This document shows positions 1 through 11,000 of a stretch of 54,954 nucleotides of DNA, one piece after another. Source of the DNA: Oscillospiraceae bacterium (GTDB lineage: Bacteria; Bacillota; Clostridia; Oscillospirales; QAMX01). The stretch is taken from contig SVKS01000005.1 of NCBI GenBank assembly GCA_015068345.1, positions 1-54,954 of the forward strand, written 5' to 3'. Position numbers and translations under genes: made by a program. How positions within the stretch are numbered: position 1 is the first letter of the stretch; every line of letters begins with the position of its first letter. Under the pieces are notes generated by a model that worked only from the letters and a program-made list of their open reading frames with translations, was not told where the DNA came from and searched no databases.

Positions 1-1094
1 CTATCACTTCCGCAACCCTTCAAAAGGGAAAGGAACACCACAACCGCCACAATCAGGAAGATAAAGGCACTCAGCACTCCGGCAAGGACCGGAAGCTTTT
101 CATTATACTTGAATTGAGCCTTCTGGCGTTTTCTCTTGGTTTTTGGAGAGGGAGTCACGTATTCTCCCCGGTTATTCTGTTCGATCTTGCCGACTTCTTT
201 GGTGGGAAGCGTCTCTTCCCCCTCTTCATCGCCAACCGCCTTCTCCTTATAAAGCCCAACGGGAATCAACGGATTCTGCTTGTAGGCTTCCATATCGGAA
301 AGCATTTCCGTAGCCGACGCATAGCGATCATCCGGATCGGTTGCCATGGCCTTTAGCACAATGGCTTCCATACCGGGCCGTACCTTGGGGTTTTTCGCCA
401 TGGGAGACGGCGGTTCGGAAGAAAGATGCTGAATGGCAACTGCTACCGGGGTTTCGCCTGTGAAGGGAAGCTCACCGGTAAGCATTTCGTACATGATGAT
501 ACCCACCGAGTAAAGGTCGGTACGACCGTCGGTCATGCCCCCCTTTGCCTGTTCGGGAGCAATGTAATGCACCGAGCCAAAGGCGTTTTGAGTTACCGTC
601 TGTTGATGATTTGCCATGCGGGCAATGCCAAAATCGGTAACCTTTACAGTACCATCCCGCAGAATCATTACGTTTTGGGGCTTGATGTCCCGGTGTACAA
701 TGTTACGGGAATGGGCATGTTCCAAAGCCTTCAAAATCTGGGATATAAAAAGCTGTAACTCAGCTTCGCTGAGAATCTTGCGCTGTTGCATATACTGCTT
801 AAGGGTAATGCCATCGATCAACTCCATCACAAAATATTCCATATGTTTTGTGATGCTAACGTCAAAAATGCTGACAATATTGGGATGACTCATGGCGGCG
901 ACTGCTTCAGCTTCTGCGTGAAAGCGACTGCGTAGTTCGTCATCCTGCAAAATTTCATCCTTCAATATCTTTACAGCAACGTATCGGTTCAGTTTGACGT
1001 CTCGTGCTTTATACACAACAGCCATACCGCCGGTCCCGATAATTTCTAACATTTCGTAACGGTTATCCAATACCGTACCGAGATAATTTGCCAT
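1..1094 (-). CDS. pknB: Stk1/PrkC/PknB-family membrane Ser/Thr protein kinase (3' end runs off the window)
   Basis: Not in the ORF track. Manual translation from ATG at 1094 gives MANYLGTVLDNRYEMLEIIGTGGMAVVYKARDVKLNRYVAVK...IVHRDIKPQNVMI...KVTDFGIAR, with a hydrophobic TM segment near nt 30-95. Lies directly downstream of a PP2C phosphatase. Confidence 0.95.
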   Translation of the reverse strand, partial: MANYLGTVLDNRYEMLEIIGTGGMAVVYKARDVKLNRYVAVKILKDEILQDDELRSRFHAEAEAVAAMSHPNIVSIFDVSITKHMEYFVMELIDGITLKQYMQQRKILSEAELQLFISQILKALEHAHSRNIVHRDIKPQNVMILRDGTVKVTDFGIARMANHQQTVTQNAFGSVHYIAPEQAKGGMTDGRTDLYSVGIIMYEMLTGELPFTGETPVAVAIQHLSSEPPSPMAKNPKVRPGMEAIVLKAMATDPDDRYASATEMLSDMEAYKQNPLIPVGLYKEKAVGDEEGEETLPTKEVGKIEQNNRGEYVTPSPKTKRKRQKAQFKYNEKLPVLAGVLSAFIFLIVAVVVFLSLLKGCGSD

Positions 1095-1165
1095 TCTATG
1101 ACCATGCCTTTCTTTTTCAGAGCCCAGCAAGGCTCTGCTTTATCGTAAACAATGTCGGTTTGATC

Positions 1166-1912
1166 TTAGTCTTTGATAAACACGACAATGGAAATATTAT
1201 CCTTGCCCCCTGCCCGATTCGCCATATCCACCAGGGTTTGACATGCATCGGCGGGTGTTTCACTGGTTTTTAATACCTGCTCAATCGCCATATCGGGTAC
1301 CATATTGGTCAATCCGTCGGAACAAAGCATCAAGACCTCTCCCTTATCCAACTTCAGTTCAAACACATCCCCATACACCTGGGGATCGGTACCGACAGCC
1401 CGGGTAATAATGTTTTTATCCGGGAAGGTATCATATTGCTCTTTGGTAATACTGCCCTTTCTGAACAGGTCGCCGGCTACCGAATGGTCATCGGTAATTT
1501 GCTTCAACTTGTCCTTCGCGCGGCGCTTCAAATGATAGGCGCGGCTGTCCCCCACGTTAATGACGTAGGCATCTTCCCCTACTATCAGGGCCGCTGTCAG
1601 CGTAGTCCCCATCCCCATATAAGAGGGATCCGAAATGGCGCTTGTATACACCTCCATGTTGGCAGCACTGACACCCTTTTCCAAAAGTGCCACTGCTTCT
1701 TTTCCGGAGATTTTTCCGGACAAAGTATCCCAAACGGACCGGGCAAATTCTTCGCAGGCGATTCGGCTGGCTTCCGCTCCTCCGTTTACACCACCCATAC
1801 CATCACAGACCATCAGCAAGGCCATATTCCGTTCATGATCCAGCTTCACATAGGTACTGTCCTGATTTTCTCTGCGCTTTTTGCCAACGTCGGTCATGCT
1901 CCACGCTTGCAT
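1166..1912 (-). CDS. prpC: Stp1/PrpC PP2C-family Ser/Thr phosphatase
   Basis: Motifs TDVG..RxxNQD, VCDGMGG, MGTT, NVGDSRAY, LCSDGL, GGKDNIS. Start moved to ATG 1912 for AAGGAG spacing. Confidence 0.95.
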   Translation of the reverse strand: MQAWSMTDVGKKRRENQDSTYVKLDHERNMALLMVCDGMGGVNGGAEASRIACEEFARSVWDTLSGKISGKEAVALLEKGVSAANMEVYTSAISDPSYMGMGTTLTAALIVGEDAYVINVGDSRAYHLKRRAKDKLKQITDDHSVAGDLFRKGSITKEQYDTFPDKNIITRAVGTDPQVYGDVFELKLDKGEVLMLCSDGLTNMVPDMAIEQVLKTSETPADACQTLVDMANRAGGKDNISIVVFIKD

Positions 1913-2056
1913 CGGTCTCACTCTCCTTTTATACCCGACGAACCAACAGGTTCGATATCCTTCATATTATGTATCTTTTCTGCCATTCAGAATCGTAGCG
2001 CACGTGTCTTCCGATATCCCAACAGGACACCGGGGCGCAACTACCCTGATTTTAAT

Positions 2057-2085
2057 ATTATATCGTTATCCTCTTCCCTTGTCAA
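2057..2085 (-). promoter_or_regulatory. sigmaA promoter of the phosphatase-kinase operon
   Basis: Perfect TTGACA-17 nt-TATAAT on the minus strand. Confidence 0.85.
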
Positions 2086-2134
2086 CTTTTATTTCCCATC
2101 ATTTCGATCTATTTCGCATTTTTTCAGAGAATTG

Positions 2135-2668
2135 CTACATTTTGTCTATGGACATGGTAACCGCCGAAACCTCCCGGAGAAGTTTTTGTGCATATACCAC
2201 ATCGGGGATCAACCCGCCGGCAATCAACCGATCCCCCAGTGCCTCTTTCAAAAGCGGGATAATGGCCTCACAAATACCAGGCAATACCTCCACGTAATCC
2301 GGCTTGGTATTTGCCACCGAATCGGCACTGCGTTTCAGGGCAAAACTGTCAATTAAGAATACACGCTGAATGGACGTAACGTGGTTCTTCTTCAAGGTCT
2401 GGATTACCGATGGCTTAATAGAAACCGCCGCCACAGGACGATAACGTTGCGAAATATACTCCGCACCATATTCGTCATCCGAAAGGCCGTTGATTCGGTC
2501 AACATGGAGGATTATTTTCTTGTCCTTTTCCTTAGCAGCCCGAAATATAGATTCCAACAGAGAAATATGCACGTTCATCAGAACACATACCGGGTATTCG
2601 CTTTTCAAAAATTCTTTATACCGACGAATGCCATCCACCGCCGGAATGATACCATGCAGCTCTTCCAT
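2135..2668 (-). CDS. glpP: Glycerol-3-phosphate-responsive antiterminator GlpP family
   Basis: IIPAV, HVDRINGL, IQRVFLIDS, PDYVEVLPG, LIAGGLI motifs; 177 aa. Confidence 0.9.
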   Translation of the reverse strand: MEELHGIIPAVDGIRRYKEFLKSEYPVCVLMNVHISLLESIFRAAKEKDKKIILHVDRINGLSDDEYGAEYISQRYRPVAAVSIKPSVIQTLKKNHVTSIQRVFLIDSFALKRSADSVANTKPDYVEVLPGICEAIIPLLKEALGDRLIAGGLIPDVVYAQKLLREVSAVTMSIDKM

Positions 2669-2671
2669 GGT

Positions 2672-4519
2672 TTATCTCCTTTTCAAAAGGATTGCACTTC
2701 TTGGCTTCAGTAGGATAGAACCCTTTCCCACTTCCACTTCACGCATCAGATCGAATCCCTTTTCCGAAAGTAAGAAATGTTCATCGACATCCCCTGCGTT
2801 CATCATCAGGAGCAATTTATCTCCCCAAGCCATCACCAAACGGGTCCCCGCCGCCTCCAAAAATGACGGGCGAAGGTTTGCAAATGCAGGATTTTCTCTT
2901 CGAATTTCTGCCAGCCTGCGATAATGACGCAAAAGCGATATTTTCGCATCCTCCCTGTGGTAGAATGCACGATTGAAGGGGTCTTCCAATCCCTCCATTC
3001 CACCCTCATCCCCGTAGTAGATGGTGGGAGATCCCAAATAGGTAAATAGCAAAAGGGAAGCCAACCGCAGGCGTTCCTCTGCCACCTTGCGCGCCTGTGG
3101 AGCCAAGCGATGGTACGCCCGTTCCTTCAAATCGGTCGGCGCATCCTCATATCCTCCCAGGGCAGAAAGAATGCGCACCGTGTCGTGTGTTCCCAAGAAA
3201 TTCATCAGACTACGCTGTGCCGGATATGGGTAATTCTCCGATTGGCTTTCCGACATTTCCCGGAAGCCTTCTGCATCCCCATGCAGGAGATAATTCAATA
3301 CCGCCGTACGGAAGGGATAGTTCATGACTCCATCCAGTTCGTTACCCAGGAAATAGCGTCTTCTAACGTCATACGCTATTTTGATGGATGCATCCTCCCA
3401 AACCTCTCCAATCACCAGAGAATCCGGTTTTGCTTCGGTTGCCGCCCTTCTTATACCGGCAATCATATCATCCGGCAATTCATCCGCCACGTCCAGCCGC
3501 CATCCGGAAGCGCCCAAATTGAGCCATTTTTTGACTACGTCATAAACAAACTCACGGAAGCTTTGGTTATTCTTATCATAGGAGGGCATAATCCGTATAT
3601 TCCACCAGCACTCATATTCGTCCGGGAATTTGCGAAATCGGAACCAGGAGTAGTAGGGCGACTCTTTTCCCTGATAAGCTCCCAGGCCCGGATAGGACCC
3701 AAACTTGTTGAAGTAGAGACTGTTGTCCCCGGTGTGGTTAAATACCCCATCGAGAATCACACGCATCCCCAACTCCCCGGCTTTATGGCAAAGCTCGGTG
3801 AATTCGGCTTCACTGCCCAGCATAGGATCGATCTTATGATAATCACTCGTATCGTATCTATGGTTGGATTCTGACAAAAAGATTGGATTCAAATACAGAT
3901 TGCCAACCCCAAGGGTTTTCAAATAAGGAAGCGATTCGATAATTCCCCTCAGGTTTCCGCCATAAAAGTAATTATTGGGAACATCTCCATTTCGAAACAC
4001 CGTCTTCTCCGGCAATTGCTTGCGATCTTTTACAATACGTCGCCCGGATATTTCCGGAATCTTTCCAGCAACGGCAAATCGATCGGGGAAAATTTGATAG
4101 GTAATTCCATCCCCATACCAGGTTGGTGGATTCCAAGCGGCATCGTACACGGTGACGTAATAGGGCGTGAATCCGCCTTCACTGATTCGTCCCTCTCCCC
4201 CGTGACCATCACTTACAGCACCATAATATACAGTGGATATGGCGGTTTCCAATCGGAAAGCATAGGTATAGAGCCCCACCCCATCAGGAGTCAGACTGAC
4301 ACTATATTGATCCAAGCCCCCTCCGGTAGATTTCCATTCCATGGGGTATTCACCACAGGATTCCCCATCATGCCCAAAGAGTAACACCACACGCCGAGGC
4401 GCCATACGACGGCTGACCAAAAGGGTTATGGTCAGGGCTTCTCCGGTTTTCATGGCACCGTAGGGTGTCTTGCAGGCATCGCTTCTTGAATTGTAATACA
4501 CAAATTTCAGGGAATCCAT
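2672..4519 (-). CDS. GH13 alpha-glycosidase (neopullulanase/cyclomaltodextrinase-like)
   Basis: YQIFPDRF, NHRYDT, DGVFNH, GWRLDVADE, GEVWED, GTHDT catalytic regions. Start ATG 4519 after AAAGGAG. Confidence 0.9.
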   Translation of the reverse strand: MDSLKFVYYNSRSDACKTPYGAMKTGEALTITLLVSRRMAPRRVVLLFGHDGESCGEYPMEWKSTGGGLDQYSVSLTPDGVGLYTYAFRLETAISTVYYGAVSDGHGGEGRISEGGFTPYYVTVYDAAWNPPTWYGDGITYQIFPDRFAVAGKIPEISGRRIVKDRKQLPEKTVFRNGDVPNNYFYGGNLRGIIESLPYLKTLGVGNLYLNPIFLSESNHRYDTSDYHKIDPMLGSEAEFTELCHKAGELGMRVILDGVFNHTGDNSLYFNKFGSYPGLGAYQGKESPYYSWFRFRKFPDEYECWWNIRIMPSYDKNNQSFREFVYDVVKKWLNLGASGWRLDVADELPDDMIAGIRRAATEAKPDSLVIGEVWEDASIKIAYDVRRRYFLGNELDGVMNYPFRTAVLNYLLHGDAEGFREMSESQSENYPYPAQRSLMNFLGTHDTVRILSALGGYEDAPTDLKERAYHRLAPQARKVAEERLRLASLLLFTYLGSPTIYYGDEGGMEGLEDPFNRAFYHREDAKISLLRHYRRLAEIRRENPAFANLRPSFLEAAGTRLVMAWGDKLLLMMNAGDVDEHFLLSEKGFDLMREVEVGKGSILLKPRSAILLKRR

Positions 4520-4533
4520 GGTTGAAAACTCCT

Positions 4534-7500
4534 TTATCGTTTCAGCAGCAGTTCTGCTTTGGACCGGGCTGTGAAATATATCCACCCTTCCGTCACCGGC
4601 TTGCCGATGATGCGTTCCAATGCTTCTGCATAAACCGCCAATTGTTTATCATAGCCCCGGTTTTTTGCATGGAGAACGGGATCCTCCTCCCGGGACAGGT
4701 AATCGCTTTTGTAATCGATCAGAATCAGCTTTTCTCCCTCCAGGAAGGCACAGTCAACGATCCCTTGCAGAAGAATTGACTCTCCCTTTCCCATTGCTTC
4801 CGGCGAAAATCTTCCTGCATCCTCCAACAGGGTAAATTTCATCTCCCGCCAGACTCTATCTGCATGACGTAGTCTTTCGCCCAATTCGGACGCAAAGAAG
4901 CGATACAGACGCTCTCCTGAAATGCTTTTTCTTGCTTCAGGTGTCAGAAATTTTCCCCGAAGAAGACGATCCAGTTCTTCCTCTACCCCTTTTCGAGTGG
5001 TGGTTTTGTCAAAACGGATCAGCTGCAGCGCCAGATGAACTGCCGTTCCATGTTCCGCCGCAGAAAGTCCTCTTCCCGAAAGGAAGGCCGGTTTCCGCTC
5101 TGTTCTTGGTATACGCATCGCTTCTCCCGGTTCAAACAATTCCGGATTCTTTACAGTGTCCTTCAGCTCGGTAACGGTGCGTTTGGTGGGCAATGAAACC
5201 GCATATAAGTATGGATATTCTTCGAATATCCCCTCCGGAATCTCCATTGATTCTATCGGAGCAAACGCTTCCTCTTCTTCGTTCCGGTTCCCTTCCTCCG
5301 ACTCGACGGGATGAACAATATGGTATTCTGCCGTACTTTTCTCTCCGCTTTTCTCCACGGGACGCACCCCCAATGAAATCAGAAGATCGCTTCCCTCCCG
5401 GGAGCAGAGTCCCGCCGCCGTTAACCAATCGGCATAGCTGGATGAAGCAGACATCATATTGTTCGGATCGATGGTATGCGCCATCTCCGAAATCGTCTTC
5501 TCCGCATTGGGATAGGTAGCAAAGATCAGCAGTTTTTCCTGGGCACGGGTCAAAGCCACGTATAAAATACGAAGCTCTTCCGCATTCTGTTCTTCAATTG
5601 CACACAGGCGGACCGCTTTGTGTGTTATCGTCCCATAGCGTATCCCCCTTTCCCGATCGCGGATCTTGAAGCCAAAGCCCATACTTTTGTGGTAAATCGC
5701 TTCATCCGAAAGAGAACGGGTGTTGAAGGGAGCCGTGGTATCCACCAAGGCAACCACAGGATATTGAAGCCCTTTGGATTGGTGAATGGTTAAGAGGTGT
5801 ACAGCATCTCCCTCATCGGCATGAGGTGCCGCATCCGGTTCGCTTCCGTTTTCAATAGCCCTGGCTGCTGCCTTCAGGAAGGCCGTCAAGCCGCCTCTGG
5901 ATTCGAATTTCTCGGCTTCGGACGCAATCAAATAAATATTGCGAAGCTTTTCTTCCCCATCTTCTCCCGAAAGGCAAAGAGCAGCCAGAGAAAGTTCGTC
6001 ATATATTTGCCGGATCAAGAGACCCAACCGAAGCTCCATACGGGCTTCCCGCCAGGCTTCTATGCTTTCGACGGCTTTCCGGCTTTTTTCGTTTCCCGCT
6101 TCTCCATGCAGCCGAAGGGCACGAATAAAGGCGGTCTTTCTGTCCATCAACCGGATTTTTCCCAGTTCTCCCGGGGAAAAACCAAAGGCAGGAGATGTCA
6201 ACACGGCAAGTAGTGCCACATCATTGTAGGGATTATCCACCACCGAAAGAAGGGACAACACAAATTCCCCTTCCGGAGTAGAATAGAGCCCCGGAGCCCG
6301 TGACGTCGTTACCGGAATTCCTGCACGAAGGAGGGCTTTTTCATAGATTGGCATACGGTTTTTTGCGCTTCTCAGAAGAATCGCAAAATCCCCATACCGG
6401 ACGGGGCGTTCCCCACCTTTGCCGTTGATCATCAAACCGCTTTCCACCAGTTCTTGGATGCGCTTTGCCACCATTTGAGCTTCATATTCTCTTTTGGAAA
6501 GGGAAGAATCCGCCTCCGAAAGGTAGATGACCTCGGTTTTGTGATAGGAATCATCCTCCCTACCCAAATAAAGCTTTTGCTCTTCATTATAATCAATTCC
6601 CCCCTGCTCTTTTTTCATCAGGTGAGAAAAGACGAAGTTAATATAGTCGATGACGCCGCCGCTTGACCGGTAGTTGCGGTTCAGGGATATTTTACGATTG
6701 CCCTGATCCGTCGTATCATGGGAGGCATAACGGTGCAGCTTTTCAACAAAGCCTTCCGGTTCTGCATAGCGAAAACCGTAAATGCTTTGCTTTACGTCTC
6801 CTACCATAATCAGATTACGGCCATTCCGGGTAATGGCGTGGAATATCTCATCCTGCAGGCTGTTGGTGTCCTGATATTCATCCACCACCACTTCATCGTA
6901 TCGGTCTGCCACCACCAGCGCCTCGCTGGTGGGTACGTCCATCCCCTCCGGTGTTGTTCGCCACAGAAGGCGATGGGCATACTGTGATACGTCATTGAAT
7001 TCCAGGATTCCCGCCTTTGTCTTTGCTTCCAGAAAACGGACCGAATATTCCCGCACCAGGTTTGCCAATTCTTGGGCGGCAGGAGCCATTTTTTTCAATT
7101 CATCGGCAATTTCCTCCGGTGTTTCCTCAAACACAGACTGGAGCGACTGTATTTCTTTTTTCATATCGTCCCGCAGTGCCTTCAGCCGGTCCCGAAAATC
7201 TGTATCTTCATATCCACGCAGACTCCCGAGTCTGGCAAAGGTCACCGCTTGAAGCTGCAATGCAAAGTTTCCGTGGCTTTCTGCCGCTTCCGATACTCTT
7301 TTCAGCATTTCAAAATCATCCAAAAATGCCGGTCCGTAAGCCTTTGCAAGTCTAGAATCATCCTGAATATCCCGGATAACGGATTCGTATTTTTTGATGT
7401 ATCCATCCACCATCTTCTTTGCTTTTTGTAAAAGGTATGAAACCCAGATGGTTTCGGAAACATTTTCGGGGACATCGCGATATAGTTTTGCCGCATCCAT

Positions 7501-8079
7501 CAGTTTTCTCTCCGGATGGGGCATACTTTGAAAGCTTTCATAGGTATGCTTGATCAATTCCGGAAGCGTTTGATCCTTCTGCCCCTTGGTCAGCATTTCT
7601 ACCAAAGCCAAAAACCCGGCCTCTGCGGAGGCATATTTTTCCTCCAGCAGATCTTCCATCACCCGGTCTGAAAGTCCTTCAACTTCGCTTTGGTCTGCAA
7701 TTCTTGCATCGGGTGAGATACCGAGTTTGTGGAAAGAATCCCGAACCAATCGTAGTAGGAAGGAGTCTATGGTAGTGATCTCCGCTCCTCCTAAAAGTTT
7801 GATTTCTCTGGCAAGTCGTCGATTGCCCGGGTCCTCCCTCAGTTTATCACGAAGGGCGGCGGTAATCCGGGTTCGCATTTCCTCTGCGGCCGCGTTGGTG
7901 AAGGTAATCACCAAAAGTCGGGAAATATCAACGGGATCTTCCTTACGGGTGAGCAACCCAATCACCCGCTCCACCACTACGGCGGTCTTGCCCGACCCGG
8001 CAGCCGCAGTAACAAGCAATGCCCCCTGGCCGGAGGAATAATCCACAACTGCCTGCTGATCCTTATTCAGTTTGGGCAT
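4534..8079 (-). CDS. addA: ATP-dependent helicase/nuclease subunit A
   Basis: AAAGSGKT, TFTNAAA, VDEYQD, VGDVKQSIY, NYRS, TIHQSKGL, YVALTRA; C-terminal nuclease GIVD...IDYKS. Start ATG 8079 with GGAGGAG. Confidence 0.95.
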   Translation of the reverse strand: MPKLNKDQQAVVDYSSGQGALLVTAAAGSGKTAVVVERVIGLLTRKEDPVDISRLLVITFTNAAAEEMRTRITAALRDKLREDPGNRRLAREIKLLGGAEITTIDSFLLRLVRDSFHKLGISPDARIADQSEVEGLSDRVMEDLLEEKYASAEAGFLALVEMLTKGQKDQTLPELIKHTYESFQSMPHPERKLMDAAKLYRDVPENVSETIWVSYLLQKAKKMVDGYIKKYESVIRDIQDDSRLAKAYGPAFLDDFEMLKRVSEAAESHGNFALQLQAVTFARLGSLRGYEDTDFRDRLKALRDDMKKEIQSLQSVFEETPEEIADELKKMAPAAQELANLVREYSVRFLEAKTKAGILEFNDVSQYAHRLLWRTTPEGMDVPTSEALVVADRYDEVVVDEYQDTNSLQDEIFHAITRNGRNLIMVGDVKQSIYGFRYAEPEGFVEKLHRYASHDTTDQGNRKISLNRNYRSSGGVIDYINFVFSHLMKKEQGGIDYNEEQKLYLGREDDSYHKTEVIYLSEADSSLSKREYEAQMVAKRIQELVESGLMINGKGGERPVRYGDFAILLRSAKNRMPIYEKALLRAGIPVTTSRAPGLYSTPEGEFVLSLLSVVDNPYNDVALLAVLTSPAFGFSPGELGKIRLMDRKTAFIRALRLHGEAGNEKSRKAVESIEAWREARMELRLGLLIRQIYDELSLAALCLSGEDGEEKLRNIYLIASEAEKFESRGGLTAFLKAAARAIENGSEPDAAPHADEGDAVHLLTIHQSKGLQYPVVALVDTTAPFNTRSLSDEAIYHKSMGFGFKIRDRERGIRYGTITHKAVRLCAIEEQNAEELRILYVALTRAQEKLLIFATYPNAEKTISEMAHTIDPNNMMSASSSYADWLTAAGLCSREGSDLLISLGVRPVEKSGEKSTAEYHIVHPVESEEGNRNEEEEAFAPIESMEIPEGIFEEYPYLYAVSLPTKRTVTELKDTVKNPELFEPGEAMRIPRTERKPAFLSGRGLSAAEHGTAVHLALQLIRFDKTTTRKGVEEELDRLLRGKFLTPEARKSISGERLYRFFASELGERLRHADRVWREMKFTLLEDAGRFSPEAMGKGESILLQGIVDCAFLEGEKLILIDYKSDYLSREEDPVLHAKNRGYDKQLAVYAEALERIIGKPVTEGWIYFTARSKAELLLKR

Positions 8080-11000
8080 TGTTTTCACGCTCCTCCCGGT
8101 CCAGTGCTTCAAAGAAGGCTTTGCAATTTAAATTTACCAGATTGTTTATCATGGTTTCCCGGGTACCGGGATACACCTTACACACCGCCCGGTATCGGCA
8201 ATAGTCGCACCCAGTGGATGAGGTTTTCATAAAGGGCTCCGCCTTTACGTCTCCCCGGCATATCTCATCGGTCATTTTACGAAGAAGATTTTCCATATGA
8301 GTTTCGATCTGAGCAAATTTCCGCTCATCCGCCACAGGGGCATCCGACCGTATAGAACCATTTCGCGCCACAAAGGGCAAGCGGGTTTCCGGCGTCATAT
8401 ATGCCGAATCCATCGCTTCCAGCACCATAGGATTCTGGTTTGCCATTCCTTTGTAGCGAATCAATTTTGCCTTTGCTTCCGAAACCGCATCCCAACTGGC
8501 TCCCCTCGGCAAGTCGGGAAGTTCGTTCCGGGATGGCATGTAAAAGAAACCAGCCGGAAGGCCTTCCCCTTTACGCACCAATTGAAACAAGTACATCGGG
8601 AGCTGGACATTCAAGCCATAGTAAAGGTCAGTCAAGTTGAAGTCCTTTGCTCCTGTTTTATAGTCTATGATACGGATGTAGGGTTTTCCATCCACTACAC
8701 ATCGGTCGGCCCGGTCCATTCGCCCATAGACAGCCAGATTCCCCTCCGGGAAGGTCCAACGAAGAGGCGGTGTGCCGTCGCTGCCAAAGCTTTGCTCAAA
8801 CAGATAGGGTTCAAACCGGCTCCTTATGAATTCCTCGTACATGTTGGAAGCAATTTCCTTTGCATCCCGTGTAAGCCGTTCAAACAAATAATCCACTCGT
8901 TTGCTTCGGTATTCGGGGGCGTCAAACATACTGTCATAGAATTCCCCGGCATATTTTTCGGTCAGCGAAAGAACGGTGCTTTCCTCCATATTGGAGAAGC
9001 CCCCCTGTTCCTTTGCATCCCGTCCCAGCTTTTCAAAAATATAGTGAATCATTTCCCCTGCTTCGATGGCAGAGAAGCTTGCTTTCCGAAACTCGCGGAC
9101 GCCAAGTCCATACTCTACAAAGAATGCAAATTTACAGCTATGATATTTTTCAATTCGGCTTGGAGACATACGCAGGGGTGATCCGTACAAGGATTCCACC
9201 AAAGCTGCATCCAAGGCCGTTTTTGGGAAGGAGGTGATTGTCTCCCCGTTTGCGTATAACCGATACCCCGCCGCCGTAATGGCATCCCGCAGGATAGGTG
9301 TTGCTCCGGCACGGGGATCATTCTTAATCAGATACAGCGATGATACCGGCACAGGATTCCCCTCTGCAAAGGGGGCAAGCTGACGAGCCCGCTCCACATA
9401 ATCGGAGGGAAGTCGGTTTTGTCCGACAAGATAACTCAGCACCAGCTGTTCCCTGGCAGAAAAGAAAACCTGATACGCAAGAAACTGTTCAAATAGCTGC
9501 TGCTCTCCATCGGTAAGATCCAGGCGAATTTCATGCTCCCGAAGCATCATACGTTCCCCGTCCCCGATAAGGGATGAATTCTTCACAAGCTTTGGAAAGA
9601 CTCCGTTGTTGTTACCCAATACGTATACGCAACGTGGAGACACACCCCTGAAGCGGCCTGCTTCCCCCATGGTAACCTGGTCGGCATTTCCCGGAATTGC
9701 TCCTACTTTGATTCCCGAAAGAAGCAGGCGGAACATTCCAAGGAATTCCTCCGGCTTATATTCCCGCTCTCCGGCAATCAGCACAAACTGATCCAGCGTG
9801 TCGCAGAAAATGTCCCATAGCTGATTGTACTCATCCGAAAGCCGTGTGTTCCCCGCCTCCATATAGTCTGCCGCCCGGCGCTGGGTTTCTTGTTCCAGGC
9901 CGATTTCTACTGCGTAGGTATAGAGGGCTTCACAAACACTGCGCACGTTTCCTCGGAGTCCCTTTTTCAGTTTTGCCAAGGGGTCAATGATAGTTGTCCG
10001 AAGCTCCTTCAATTTTCCCAGGAGTTCCAGTGTTTTTTCATCATACTCCCGCAGATAACCGTCCGGGTGGGCATTCCAAGCCCCCTCATTGAGCCATTTG
10101 CTCCCCCGGATTCCCCATCGGATCACGTAATACTCCAGTACATCCAAATCATCCGTTGGGATTCCCAACATACCCGATTTCATCAGGGACGTCATGCTTT
10201 CAACCGAGAAGGAATCCATGCAGGCCTCCATGGCCGCCACCAAGCATACAAAAAGAGGTTTTGTTGCAACGCTCACCGAATTGTCCATATATACCGGTAT
10301 TCCACAGCCTCTGAATACCGATTCGATCTCGCCGGAATAGTCTTCGTATGTACGGCACACCACTGCCATATCCCGGAATCGGATCCCACTTCTGGCCCAA
10401 ACCAAGATCTGTGCCGCACAGGCTTCACATTCCGATCTTCGGTCAGCCGCCGAAACGATTTTCAATCCCTCCTCCGGCTTTCCTGGGTAGGAAGTGGCTT
10501 TCCCCTCCATCAGCTCTCTTTCCAGAAAGGTTAGCAGATCGCTTTTACTACGCTTATTTCCAGTCAATTCCTCCATCTCAACCGGAATACCCTGTCGGGT
10601 TGCAAAGGATTTGAAATGAGATATCATTTCGTAGCTTTTATAAAACAGATCGTCGGTATCAAACGCCTGTGGCGGCATATCCGATGTAAAGGTCATAGTA
10701 ACCGTCTCTGCCTGGCGGATCATCAGTTCAATCAGATTGTATTCCTTGGGAGTAAAGCCGTTGAACCCATCCATATAGATTCGCTTTCCCTTGAAATACC
10801 CGGTCTCCACAGCAAGTTCAACCATACGATCATAAATATCCGCCGGATCCCGAAGTTCCCCGGAAAGAAGCGCATCATAGGCCGAGTAGATATACGCCAG
10901 GTCGGAAAGCCTGTCCCCCACGTCACCACCGGCATTTTTCGATACTTCCAGGAGCTTCAAGGGAGAAACGTCGTAAAGCTTCAGTTCATTCACCGAAGCC

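Noticed and set aside
1118-1137. Hairpin CAGAGCC/GGCTCTG between the phosphatase and kinase genes as a terminator
   Set aside because: On the coding (minus) strand it is followed by A-rich sequence rather than a U tract; at most a stabilising or processing stem.
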